Origin: Candidatus Micrarchaeota archaeon | GTDB taxonomy: Archaea; Micrarchaeota; Micrarchaeia; Micrarchaeales; CABMGC01 | Assembly (NCBI GenBank): GCA_023270055.1 | Contig: JAGDYB010000019.1 | Span: 32,129-96,128 of the forward strand | DNA length: 64,000 bases | Direction: 5' to 3' | Shown: positions 46,173-54,368 of the stretch, piece after piece | Layout: each line of letters begins with the position of its first letter | Numbering within the stretch: the first letter of the stretch is position 1 | Made by a program: the position numbers and the translations under genes | Notes under the pieces: generated by a model | Told to the model about the DNA's origin: nothing | The model's database searches: none | What the model saw: the letters and a program-made list of their open reading frames with translations, nothing else

Positions 46173-47022
46173 GGTACTTGTAGATATCGTTTATGAACTG
46201 CAGTACTGCATACGCCGGCTCAAACACTATCGGGGCAAGATTCACACCCTGCCCAAGCGCCACATAGTCATTTTCCAAGCTTGCATTTGCTATCAGCGTC
46301 ACTTCAAAAGTCTTGCCAACTAGCGGGCTCGTTGTCGATCCCACGGAAACATTGAACTTATATGTTCCCGGTTCGCTTACAAAAACAGGATAAATATAAT
46401 TGTTCTGCCTGGAATGCAATACTATTATGTTTTCCGTGCTGTTCCAGGCGGGCAATCCAGATGCCGTTATGGCAAATTGACCATCAGAAACGCCTGTATT
46501 GTTTATTGTCACATGCACGTTTACTGGTTTGTTCAAGCCTGCATAAATCTTTTTTGGCCCAACGCTTATGTTGAATACTGTTGGGGTAACGTTTACATAC
46601 GCTGTGAATGTAAGGTTCCCAAGTTTTGAGTAGTTGCCGATGTTTACTGCGCGAAGTACCATGGAATAAATGCCGCTTTGTGCAGTCGGCAGCACCGTAA
46701 TTTTCATTTCCATAGGATTCTCATAAAGCAGAGAAGGTTGCGCAGACCAGCCCGTAGGCAACGTAACGTATGTTAGCCTATCCCAGCCTATGTTAATCAA
46801 TGTCCCATTGTAGTTTGGGGTTGTAGGTGAAGCAAGAATGTAAAAGCTCTCCCCCGGCGCGACTTTGCCAAGGTATATGTTGCCATTGTTGAGCAAGGTG
46901 CCATTTGTAGGGCTCAATATCTTGAGATAGGGTGCAGCGTTTACCGAGTTCAGCAACAGCAGTATCGTGGCAGCGTAAAAAAATCCAAACAATCTCCATT
47001 TAGCTGGCGGCATAACCATCAA
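46162..47022 (-). CDS. Secreted or surface beta-sandwich protein rich in N-glycosylation sequons
   Basis: Signal-like N-terminus 'WRLFGFFYAATILLLLNSVNA'. At least 10 N-x-S/T sequons (NGT, NYS, NLT, NVT, NIS, NNT, NST, NVS, NAS). Beta-rich repeats. Confidence 0.55.
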   Translation of the reverse strand: MMVMPPAKWRLFGFFYAATILLLLNSVNAAPYLKILSPTNGTLLNNGNIYLGKVAPGESFYILASPTTPNYNGTLINIGWDRLTYVTLPTGWSAQPSLLYENPMEMKITVLPTAQSGIYSMVLRAVNIGNYSKLGNLTFTAYVNVTPTVFNISVGPKKIYAGLNKPVNVHVTINNTGVSDGQFAITASGLPAWNSTENIIVLHSRQNNYIYPVFVSEPGTYKFNVSVGSTTSPLVGKTFEVTLIANASLENDYVALGQGVNLAPIVFEPAYAVLQFINDIYKYLAG

Positions 47023-47046
47023 AACCTAATGCATTTTATAAATATA

Positions 47047-47592
47047 TCAATTTTTGCCTTCAAGCTTATTTATTAGCATGTCTACGTTCTTCTTCAAGTC
47101 CCTCATAGTACCTGTATTCGCTATTATGTAGTCAGCATCATTCAACGCGGAAACTATGCCAAGCTTTTTCTCTGCCTTCTCTCTTTCAAGAAATGCTGAC
47201 ATGGATTTCACGTCGTCGCTTCTCTTTCTTTTCCTTAACCTCATAAACCTTATTTTTTGCGGTGCTGATACCGAGACAACAACAATATCCTTTGCATGAC
47301 TCTTGAAATATTTCAGTTCGGCATCGCTCCTGACACCAGTTATGACCACATTCTTGTTCTTAGAACGTCTTATCATGCTGTATGTCTTCCTTGCAACTAT
47401 GTCTGGTCCAAGGCGTTTTCTTATGTTTATAGCGAACTCCTTCATTGTTTCGTTGTTTATCTCCAGCTTTCTCTTTTTCATTTCGCTTATTATTGCGTCA
47501 TGCATCTCGAATATAGCAAAACCTTTTTTCTTCAGTATGTCAGCAACACTGCTCTTTCCCGCACCGCGCATGCCAGTTATGCAAATTATCAT
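47047..47592 (-). CDS. UPF0200-family P-loop kinase-like protein
   Basis: 'MIICITGMRGAGKSSVADILKKKGF', 'VVITGVRSDAELKYF', 'RKRSDD'. The layout matches archaeal UPF0200 proteins as I recall them. Confidence 0.7.
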   Translation of the reverse strand: MIICITGMRGAGKSSVADILKKKGFAIFEMHDAIISEMKKRKLEINNETMKEFAINIRKRLGPDIVARKTYSMIRRSKNKNVVITGVRSDAELKYFKSHAKDIVVVSVSAPQKIRFMRLRKRKRSDDVKSMSAFLEREKAEKKLGIVSALNDADYIIANTGTMRDLKKNVDMLINKLEGKN

Positions 47593-47921
47593 TATCTCAC
47601 CAGGCTTCCCTCCTTTACAGGTCTATCAACGGTAAGTATCGAAATTGTTTTGTCATCCTCAGCAGCGAGCAGCATACCTTCCGAAACGACACCAGCTATG
47701 GCCTTCGGTTCCAAGTTCGCAGCTATCACTATATACTTGCCAATAAGCTCTTCCTTTGTGTAAATTCCCTTTATGCCAGCTACAATTGTTCTTTTGCCCG
47801 CGTCTCCAACGTCGACGGTAAGCTTATACATCGGTTTGCTGGAATATGGGTGGTCCTCGACATCGGTTATCTTTCCAACCCTGATCTCTATTTCCTTGAA
47901 TCTTTCTATATTTATCATCAA
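47592..47921 (-). CDS. tRNA-binding domain protein (Trbp111/CsaA/EMAP-like OB fold)
   Basis: 'EIRVGKITDVEDHP...KLTVDVGDAGKRTIVAGIKGIYTKEELIGKYIVIAANLEPKAIAGVVSEGMLLAA'. Confidence 0.8.
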   Translation of the reverse strand: MMINIERFKEIEIRVGKITDVEDHPYSSKPMYKLTVDVGDAGKRTIVAGIKGIYTKEELIGKYIVIAANLEPKAIAGVVSEGMLLAAEDDKTISILTVDRPVKEGSLVR

Positions 47922-48034
47922 AACACCGGCAACACATATTATTCAATATCAAGTTTTATATATTTCTTTTTGGCACCATATAATGCGGTAACGTTTGAGC
48001 GAATGTGTTCTGTACCGCTAGCTTGGTTGTTTGC

Positions 48035-48574
48035 ATGCGGTGTTTCATAAGTATCGACGTGCCTGACGAAATAAAGAAGAAGCTGATCGCTGCAGGCCAG
48101 CGTTTGACTGGTCGCGGTGTTACACTTGTGAAAGCAGACGCGTTGCACATAACCCTGCTTTTTCTGGGTGACATAAGTGATGTCGAGATAGGGTACGCGA
48201 AAAGTGCATTGGATTCTATAAAGCGGGAGCGTTTCACAGTTGACGTGTATGGTGTTGATTATTTTACGCCGAATGTATTGCGCGTTGTATATGCAAAAAT
48301 CGGCCAAGGTGCCGCAGAGTTGAAGGATCTGCATAATGCAATACTGAAAGAGCTTTCAAAAACAATATCCGGCCTAAAGCGCGAGAATTTTGTTCCGCAC
48401 CTCACAATCGCCAGGGTAAAACCTACAGCCGACAGGCGGGAGCTCCTTGCACATATCAGTCAGATTGAAAGCTTGCATTTTGGCAGTTTCGAAGCTAGAG
48501 GGGTATCGCTTAAAAGTAGCATTTTGACACCTGATGGCCCTCTCTACAAAGATTTATACAAAACTGATTTTTGA
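48035..48574 (+). CDS. thpR: RNA 2',3'-cyclic phosphodiesterase (2H family, LigT/ThpR)
   Basis: Two HxT/S motifs, 'HITLLFLG' and 'HLTIARV'. I prefer the ATG at 48035 ('MRCFISIDVP'). Confidence 0.8.
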   Translation: MRCFISIDVPDEIKKKLIAAGQRLTGRGVTLVKADALHITLLFLGDISDVEIGYAKSALDSIKRERFTVDVYGVDYFTPNVLRVVYAKIGQGAAELKDLHNAILKELSKTISGLKRENFVPHLTIARVKPTADRRELLAHISQIESLHFGSFEARGVSLKSSILTPDGPLYKDLYKTDF

Positions 48575-49141
48575 CTTTTTCGCTTCAAAATCGTTCTTGC
48601 CAAGCGTAGTTACCAGCTCGCCAGGCCTATAAATCCTGTCAAGTAGAAGGATGTTGTATGTCATACCAGTTTTCAGGTCAAGCGCTATATGCCTTGTCTC
48701 ATTTCCAAATACATCAAGCTCAACAATAGGTCCTTTGCAAATTTCCTTTACCTTATTTATCTCTTCGAGCAGTTCCATGTCGCCATTTTGCAAGCCTATC
48801 CCTCTAATCTCAAGATTTGGCTTTTTGAGACTTCGGACGAAGCTCCTGATCTTCGTTTCTTCCTTGTTATCAATTGCCTGAGACGGCCTTAGTACTATCG
48901 CAGAATGCGAGTTTACATCGTAGACTGATATAAACAGGTCATATGTAATATCCCTTGCAATGACATAGCGTTTTAGATTTCCATACTTTTGCATTGTTCC
49001 TTGATTAATGCCTATTTCCTTAGATATTCTTTGTATCATGGAAAGCGATGTATGTGGTCTCTGTTTGGTTGAAAGCACAGCCCTCTCGCTACCAAATTCT
49101 TTATTCAGTCTCAGTTTGTCTATGGAGTTTGAAAAGTCCAA
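48554..49141 (-). CDS. Hypothetical protein with N-terminal HTH-like segment
   Basis: 'SLSMIQRISKEIGINQGTMQKYGN' is HTH-like. The C-terminal half is unassigned; a faint CheD-like resemblance is not trusted. 3' ends overlap convergently with thpR. Confidence 0.4.
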   Translation of the reverse strand: MDFSNSIDKLRLNKEFGSERAVLSTKQRPHTSLSMIQRISKEIGINQGTMQKYGNLKRYVIARDITYDLFISVYDVNSHSAIVLRPSQAIDNKEETKIRSFVRSLKKPNLEIRGIGLQNGDMELLEEINKVKEICKGPIVELDVFGNETRHIALDLKTGMTYNILLLDRIYRPGELVTTLGKNDFEAKKSKISFV

Positions 49142-49185
49142 TTGATCACATGTTTAACCGCGTGTTTGTGTCGCACCTGAAGCAG

Positions 49186-49884
49186 TTAGCCCTTCTTGTT
49201 AAGCTCCCCCGCTTCTAGCGCTTTAGATACCTCTTCAGCATCTTTTATAGAATCTATGCTATGCCAGTACGCATCTTCGATCTTTACCCCTGCCACTCTT
49301 CTTTCAGCAACTAGCTTTACAAAAGTTGTCTTCTCAAGGTCTCCTTTTTCTGGGACGTAATCGAATATCTCTCTTTTCATCGAATAGATTCCACCATTGA
49401 TCCAATGGTCCTTTATCAGCGGTTTTTCCCTGAAGGCGGTTACAGTTTCACCTACCGTTTCAACGATGCCAAAAGGGCTTCTGAATGGCACAAGTACCAT
49501 TTTAACTAACTCCTTGCCTTTCATATCTGCTACCCTGCTTATATCAATGTTCGTTATGATGTCTCCATTCAGCATTAGAAACTGATCCCCATCAACAAGC
49601 TTTTGTGCATTCTTCAAGGCTCCCGCTGTGCCAAGTGGCTCATTTTCTTCTGAAAGCAAAATGCTTACTCCAAGCTCCTCATTCAATTTGCCAGCATATT
49701 CGGCAATCTTCTCCTTGAGATAGCCTGTAGTTAGTATGTAATCTCTTATGCCGAACGAGCTGAGCCATTCTATCTGCCACTTCAGTATCGGTTTATTGTA
49801 AACATGCACCAGCGGTTTAGGCAACGATTGCGTCAACGGTGCGAGTCTCTTTCCAAGCCCTCCAGCGAGAATGACCGCTTGCAT
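49186..49884 (-). CDS. Sugar-1-phosphate nucleotidyltransferase (NDP-sugar pyrophosphorylase)
   Basis: 'MQAVILAGGLGKRLAPLTQSLPKPLV' signature. 232 aa. Confidence 0.85.
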   Translation of the reverse strand: MQAVILAGGLGKRLAPLTQSLPKPLVHVYNKPILKWQIEWLSSFGIRDYILTTGYLKEKIAEYAGKLNEELGVSILLSEENEPLGTAGALKNAQKLVDGDQFLMLNGDIITNIDISRVADMKGKELVKMVLVPFRSPFGIVETVGETVTAFREKPLIKDHWINGGIYSMKREIFDYVPEKGDLEKTTFVKLVAERRVAGVKIEDAYWHSIDSIKDAEEVSKALEAGELNKKG

Positions 49885-49908
49885 TCAATCACATCTAAAA
49901 CTAGTTGC

Positions 49909-49956
49909 GTTTTCATAATATAAAGATGTTTCATAATATAAAAATGTTTCATAATC
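49909..49956. repeat. About 2.7 tandem copies of a TGTTTCATAATATAAA-like unit in a promoter region
   Basis: 'GTTTTCATAATATAAA GATGTTTCATAATATAAAA ATGTTTCATAATC', lying 25-70 nt upstream of the nucleotidyltransferase start at 49884 on the minus strand. Confidence 0.6.
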
Positions 49957-50061
49957 CCGGTTTGCTAATAGGTGAGATTTTACCATTTGCAAGCAATTGT
50001 ACTACCCATAGTTAATTTTTTATATATGCTGTCTATATATTTAATAAGCCTAGCTGATTAG

Positions 50062-50637
50062 ATGCAAATAACATATATCGAGAATACACCATTTGCCGTG
50101 AAGTTCGAGATAAAAGGCGTAACATATACATTCGCAAACGCACTCAGAAGGATAATGATAAACAGCGTGCCAGCGTTTGCCATAGATTCAGTAACTTTCT
50201 ACAAGAACACGAGCGCAATGTTTGACGAATACATAGCGCACAGGATTGGGCTTGTGCCAATATTGACGCCCACTTCCGGGTATGACGAAAAGGACGAAAT
50301 TCTATTCACGCTAGAGGCGGAAGGCCCAAAGACCGTATATTCTGGGGAGCTGAAAAGCACTGACAAGAAGGTGCGCGTAGCAAATGAGAAAATACCAATA
50401 ATAAAGCTTGCGGAAGGGCAAGAAATAAGGCTTGAGGGCAAGGCGGTTATGGGCACAGCCGCAAAGAGTGCTAAATTCCAACCAGGCTTTGTGACCTACA
50501 AGTCAAAAGACGGCTCAAGCGAAGATTTCGAGTTTTATGTTGAAACTTTTGGGCAGATGGCTGCCAATGACATAATACGCAAAGGGCTTGACGTGCTCAG
50601 CGATCAGCTGAAGGCGTTCGAGAAGGCGCTTAAGTGA
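50062..50637 (+). CDS. rpoD: RNA polymerase subunit D (Rpo3), Cys-free short form
   Basis: 'FANALRRIMINSVPAFAIDSVTFYKNTSAMFDEYIAHRIGLVPI'. 191 aa with no cysteines, so no Fe-S domain. Confidence 0.85.
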   Translation: MQITYIENTPFAVKFEIKGVTYTFANALRRIMINSVPAFAIDSVTFYKNTSAMFDEYIAHRIGLVPILTPTSGYDEKDEILFTLEAEGPKTVYSGELKSTDKKVRVANEKIPIIKLAEGQEIRLEGKAVMGTAAKSAKFQPGFVTYKSKDGSSEDFEFYVETFGQMAANDIIRKGLDVLSDQLKAFEKALK

Positions 50638-50638
50638 T

Positions 50639-50741
50639 GCGGGGGTGGCAGAGTTTGGCCAAATGCGCAGGACTGAGGTGCAGTAAGCTCAGAACTCCTG
50701 TAGCTTAAGTGCTTGCGTGAGTTCAAATCTCACCCCCCGCA
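50639..50741 (+). tRNA. tRNA-Leu (GAG) with a 16-nt canonical (37/38) intron
   Basis: Hand fold: GCGGGGG TG GCA GAGTTTGGCCAAA TGC G CAGGA CTGAGG[TGCAGTAAGCTCAGAA]C TCCTG TAGCTTAAGTGCTTGC GTGAG TTCAAAT CTCAC CCCCCGC A. Starts 1 nt after the rpoD stop codon. Confidence 0.85.
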
Positions 50742-50852
50742 TATTAACACGGGCAAATTGTCTGGAATGCAAAAATGGGAAAAGAATAAAAATGGTTAAT
50801 AATAAATATATCAAACATCATTAATGCTTTATAGCACTTCAAGAGTGGATTT

Positions 50853-51287
50853 ATGGCTGACGAGACTGTAATAGACGGAAAGGGCAAGATTCTCGGGAGG
50901 GTAGCGAGCACAGTAGCCAAAATGCTGCTTAACAACAAGAAAGTTGCGCTTGTAAATGCAGGCGAAATACTGATAAGCGGGCATCCGGAAAGCATCGTGC
51001 AAAAATACAAACAGAGAATAGAACTCAAAGACAAGGCCAATCCGGAACACTCGCCTTATTGGCCGAGAAGACCAGACATGCTTGTGAGGAGAATAATAAG
51101 GGGAATGCTCCCGTACAAAAAGGCAAAAGGCAAAAACGCCTATAAGTTGCTAAGGGTATATGCGGGTCTGCCCGAAAGCTTGAAGAACGCAAAATTCTAC
51201 GAACTGAACACAAAGAGCGCCAACCAAATTTTCGAAAAGACCATGAGCATAAACGAACTGTCTGAAAAATTGGGATACAAGAGGTAG
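50853..51287 (+). CDS. rpl13: Ribosomal protein L13 (uL13)
   Basis: 'VIDGKGKILGRVASTVAKMLL', 'RRIIRGMLPYK'. 144 aa. Confidence 0.9.
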   Translation: MADETVIDGKGKILGRVASTVAKMLLNNKKVALVNAGEILISGHPESIVQKYKQRIELKDKANPEHSPYWPRRPDMLVRRIIRGMLPYKKAKGKNAYKLLRVYAGLPESLKNAKFYELNTKSANQIFEKTMSINELSEKLGYKR

Positions 51288-51291
51288 TAAT

Positions 51292-51825
51292 GTGGATGCT
51301 GAGGAACAAAATGCTGGCATAGAAAGACTGAATCGAGAGATGGCAGGTGTGGTGCCACAGCAGGCCGAGGCTGTGAAGGAAAAGAAGGCAAGACCAAAAC
51401 GAAAGGTATCGCCAAAGCCAAAGGTTATACTTGCCGTTAGTAAAAGAAAGAGGGCAATAGCCAGGGCACGCCTAATCAAAGGCGCCGGAATGATTTTGGT
51501 AAACGGAATAAACATAAACAACATAAAACCTAAGGAAATAAGGGAACTTATGCTTGAGCCGGTGAACTTTTCCAATCTGACAAAGAGCGTTGTAGAATCG
51601 TCCAATATAAAAGTTGATGTGCATGGAGGTGGCGCAAGTGGTCAGGCGCAAGCAGTGAGAAGCGCGATTGCAAAGGCCATAGCAGATGCTTATCCAAGTG
51701 ATGTGGTAAGAAAGAGCTACATGAGATATGACAGGACTCTTCTCGTTGACGATTCAAGGAGGGTAGAACCTAAGAAGTTCCTTGGTCCAAAGGCAAGGGC
51801 GAGATTCCAGACCTCATATAGGTGA
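51292..51825 (+). CDS. rps9: Ribosomal protein S9 (uS9) with about 45-aa N-terminal extension
   Basis: '[17 protein letters not shown]', C-terminal '[10 protein letters not shown]'. GTG start. An internal ATG at 51340 is an alternative start. Confidence 0.9.
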   Translation: MDAEEQNAGIERLNREMAGVVPQQAEAVKEKKARPKRKVSPKPKVILAVSKRKRAIARARLIKGAGMILVNGININNIKPKEIRELMLEPVNFSNLTKSVVESSNIKVDVHGGGASGQAQAVRSAIAKAIADAYPSDVVRKSYMRYDRTLLVDDSRRVEPKKFLGPKARARFQTSYR

Positions 51826-51835
51826 AGATGATACT

Positions 51836-52036
51836 ATGATGATACCTGTAAGATGCTTTTCGTGCGGTCAAGTCGTTGCGGACAAGTGGGAAGAATATGA
51901 CAGGAGAGTGAATAAAAACGGGGAAGATGCGGGCAAAGTCTTGGACGACCTAGGTGTTAAAAGGTATTGCTGCAGGCGCATGCTCATAAGCAATGTCGAG
52001 CTGATGGACGAAGTAGAGATGTACGGAAGGAAGTAA
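51836..52036 (+). CDS. rpoN: RNA polymerase subunit N (Rpo10)
   Basis: '[14 protein letters not shown]...[15 protein letters not shown]'. 66 aa from the ATG at 51836. Confidence 0.9.
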   Translation: MMIPVRCFSCGQVVADKWEEYDRRVNKNGEDAGKVLDDLGVKRYCCRRMLISNVELMDEVEMYGRK

Positions 52037-52160
52037 AAATTCAGAATCAAAAGCAGCAATTGCTGCAGCATCTCGCCCAGCGAAATGCATATAAATATGC
52101 TATGCACAAGTTGTAATACGTTTTACGTTTCTTTAAATTGATACTTGCCAAATCACAAAA

Positions 52161-52172
52161 GCTATATAAAAA
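52161..52172 (+). promoter_or_regulatory. TATA-box-like element upstream of tRNA-Pro
   Basis: 'GCTATATAAAAA' lies 23-34 nt upstream of the predicted tRNA 5' end. Confidence 0.4.
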
Positions 52173-52194
52173 CAATAATGGTTATATTTATCGC

Positions 52195-52279
52195 GGGGTC
52201 GTCTGCTAGCCTGGTTAGGCTCTGTGCTTAGGGAGCACATGACCCGAGAAACCCGGGAATTCAAATCTCGGCGACCCCG
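52195..52279 (+). tRNA. tRNA-Pro with an 11-nt insertion at the T-stem/T-loop junction; anticodon reads AGG
   Basis: Hand fold: GGGGTCG TC TGCT AGCCTGGTTA GGCT C TGTGC TTAGGGA GCACA TGAC CCGAG[AAACCCGGGAA]TTCAAAT CTCGG CGACCCC G. The D-stem has a U:U pair and the variable loop is 4 nt. The fold is less clean than the others. Confidence 0.55.
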
Positions 52280-52291
52280 TTCAGTGATAAT

Positions 52292-52531
52292 ATGAGTGTA
52301 AAAGAACGAGAACAGAAAGCTGCGCTTATTGAGCTTTACAACAGCAGTCACGGCGACGCTGCGCACGCGGCGCAAGTGCTTGCCCATACAATGAAAGCAG
52401 CAGAGTTGAAAATCATTGCAGATGGTGCTGTCGGTCTGAGTGCAGATATCACCGATTTCAAAATGCATAATTTCGCGAAAGAACTTGGCGAAAAAATAAT
52501 GACATTAATAGAATCAAGAAGAGGGCCGTGA
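52292..52531 (+). CDS. Hypothetical small protein (79 aa) coupled to rps2
   Basis: The ORF ends 4 nt before the rps2 ATG. Helical composition. No motif recognised, and it is not RpoK-like. Confidence 0.35.
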   Translation: MSVKEREQKAALIELYNSSHGDAAHAAQVLAHTMKAAELKIIADGAVGLSADITDFKMHNFAKELGEKIMTLIESRRGP

Positions 52532-52535
52532 TAAC

Positions 52536-53150
52536 ATGGAAGATGAACTCTTAATAGACCAAAGTGTGTACTTGGAATCTGGCATACACATTGCTACAAA
52601 AACCAAAACCCCAGGCATGAAAAAATTCATATACAAGGTTAGGGAGGACGGTTTGTATCTGCTTGATCTTACCACCATAGACAAAAGGATTCGCGTGGCC
52701 GCCAAAATGCTTGCACAATTCGACGAGAAGGATATAGTTGTAACGGCATCCAGAATATATGCAATAGCCGCAGCATCAAAATTCGCAGAGGTAACGAAAA
52801 CAAGATTCATAAAAGGCAGGGTAGTGCCGGGTGTGTTTACAAATCCGCACCGCGAGGATTTCAGCGAGCCTAGCGTGCTGCTCATAAGCGATACAAGAAA
52901 CGAAAGGCAAGCTATAAGAGAGGCGAGCAAGACGAACATACCAGTGGTTGCACTGTGCGACACGGACAACTGGATAAAATATGTTGATGTAATAATACCA
53001 TGCAACAACAAAGGCAGGCGTTCGCTCGCGCTGATTTATTATCTGCTTGCAAGAGAGTTCCTCAAAGAAAAGGGCGCCATAAAATCAAACGACGAGTTCA
53101 AATACGATGTTTCAGATTTTGAAGCAAAAACAGAGTCAAGAATGGCATGA
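52536..53150 (+). CDS. rps2: Ribosomal protein S2 (uS2)
   Basis: 'LESGIHIATKTKTPGMKKFIY', 'LLISDTRNERQAIREASKTNIPVVALCDTD'. 204 aa. Confidence 0.9.
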   Translation: MEDELLIDQSVYLESGIHIATKTKTPGMKKFIYKVREDGLYLLDLTTIDKRIRVAAKMLAQFDEKDIVVTASRIYAIAAASKFAEVTKTRFIKGRVVPGVFTNPHREDFSEPSVLLISDTRNERQAIREASKTNIPVVALCDTDNWIKYVDVIIPCNNKGRRSLALIYYLLAREFLKEKGAIKSNDEFKYDVSDFEAKTESRMA

Positions 53151-53199
53151 GCAACCAGTCAAAACAATTTAAATAACTTTAATAATCAATTATCAATCA

Positions 53200-53730
53200 A
53201 TGGACAGAATCAAATCACAAGCCGCAGTCGACTTTATGACTTCATACGGCGTGGCCCTCATAATAATAATAATTGCCATGGCAGTAATATACAAAGTTGG
53301 CTTCTTGAACAGCAGCCTGACTCCGGTTTCGTGCACTGGATTCTCTGGCTTTTCCTGTGGTGCATTTGCGATAAACTCAAGCGGCGTGCTCAGCATCTAC
53401 CTATATCAAGCAACTGGCGGAAAGATAATAATAAATGCAATTTCTTGTTCAAGCGCGATAAACGCTTCTGGTGACAAGCCAGCATACGGAAATTTCTATG
53501 TCACTGATAATTCGATATTTTATCCTCCGGGCAATGCCATACCAAGTAATGGCATACCATTGTACAGCGGTTCTGGTACTTCACTTGTGGTAAACTGCTA
53601 TGATTCCGCAGGCATTGCGACAGGGTCTCTTGGCAGCGCATTCTTCGGATATGTATGGCTTAATTATACGGTGCCGGGCTATGCCACGGTAACACGAGAG
53701 GTGGCTACATTTACAAGCAAATATACATAA
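53200..53730 (+). CDS. Archaeal type IV pilin-like protein (class III signal peptide)
   Basis: N-terminus 'KSQAAVDFMTSYGVALIIIIIAMAVI' matches the class III signal/pilin motif (Q-A-x-x-[DE]-[FY]-[LM]-x-[ST]-Y). Ser/Gly/Asn-rich beta-type C-terminal domain. Confidence 0.65.
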   Translation: MDRIKSQAAVDFMTSYGVALIIIIIAMAVIYKVGFLNSSLTPVSCTGFSGFSCGAFAINSSGVLSIYLYQATGGKIIINAISCSSAINASGDKPAYGNFYVTDNSIFYPPGNAIPSNGIPLYSGSGTSLVVNCYDSAGIATGSLGSAFFGYVWLNYTVPGYATVTREVATFTSKYT

Positions 53731-53825
53731 AAATATGGACCATTAATCAAGCGGCAGCAACGCAGGGCCGCATTTCAAATAAAGCTATAAAGATGTTGCG
53801 CCTGTAAATACTTAACCGTGATTTA

Positions 53826-54368
53826 ATGATTCTTTCAGATTTCGACCTAGAGAATGCTATAAGGCATAAGCGACTTGTTGTGAAGCCTTTTGACAAAAGG
53901 ATAATAAAGGAGAATGGTCTGGACCTGAGGTTGGCAGACGATATCGCATACCACAAAGAGCTCGGAAGTAATTTCATACTTGATCCGTCTGACAAAAAAA
54001 AGATAGATGCATGCTTCAGATATTTGAGGAAACAGAAGTCAATGGTACTAAGGCCGCACGAGCAGGTTCTTTTGTCAACCTACGAGTACATAAAAATGCC
54101 TGACGATGCGATAGGGTTCGTAGAACTGCGGAGCACATGGGGCAGGCACGGCCTCTCAATGCCTCCAACAATAATAGATGCTGGATTCGAGGGAAACATA
54201 ACGCTGGAGGTAGTGAACAATGCGCCGTACAGCATAATGCTAAAGCCAAAGCTGAGGTTCGCGCATATAATATTTGCTAAGACAAGCAATAGGGTAAAAA
54301 AGACGTACTCAGGGCTGTACATGCGCCAGCGCGGCATAAGATTTCCGCATGCTGAGAAGGTGGATTAA
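53826..54368 (+). CDS. dcd: dCTP deaminase family protein
   Basis: 'MILSDFDLENAI', 'GFVELRSTWGRHGL', 'IDAGFEGNITLEVVN'. 180 aa. Confidence 0.85.
   Translation: MILSDFDLENAIRHKRLVVKPFDKRIIKENGLDLRLADDIAYHKELGSNFILDPSDKKKIDACFRYLRKQKSMVLRPHEQVLLSTYEYIKMPDDAIGFVELRSTWGRHGLSMPPTIIDAGFEGNITLEVVNNAPYSIMLKPKLRFAHIIFAKTSNRVKKTYSGLYMRQRGIRFPHAEKVD

Noticed and set aside
50062-50637. RpoD of only 191 aa without cysteines, considered as truncated.
   Set aside because: Short Fe-S-free Rpo3/D subunits are a known natural variant among archaea. The dimerisation-domain motifs are intact.
52133-52468. 111-aa minus-strand ORF.
   Set aside because: It overlaps tRNA-Pro and the plus-strand 79-aa ORF. The composition is Cys/His/Arg-rich junk with no support.
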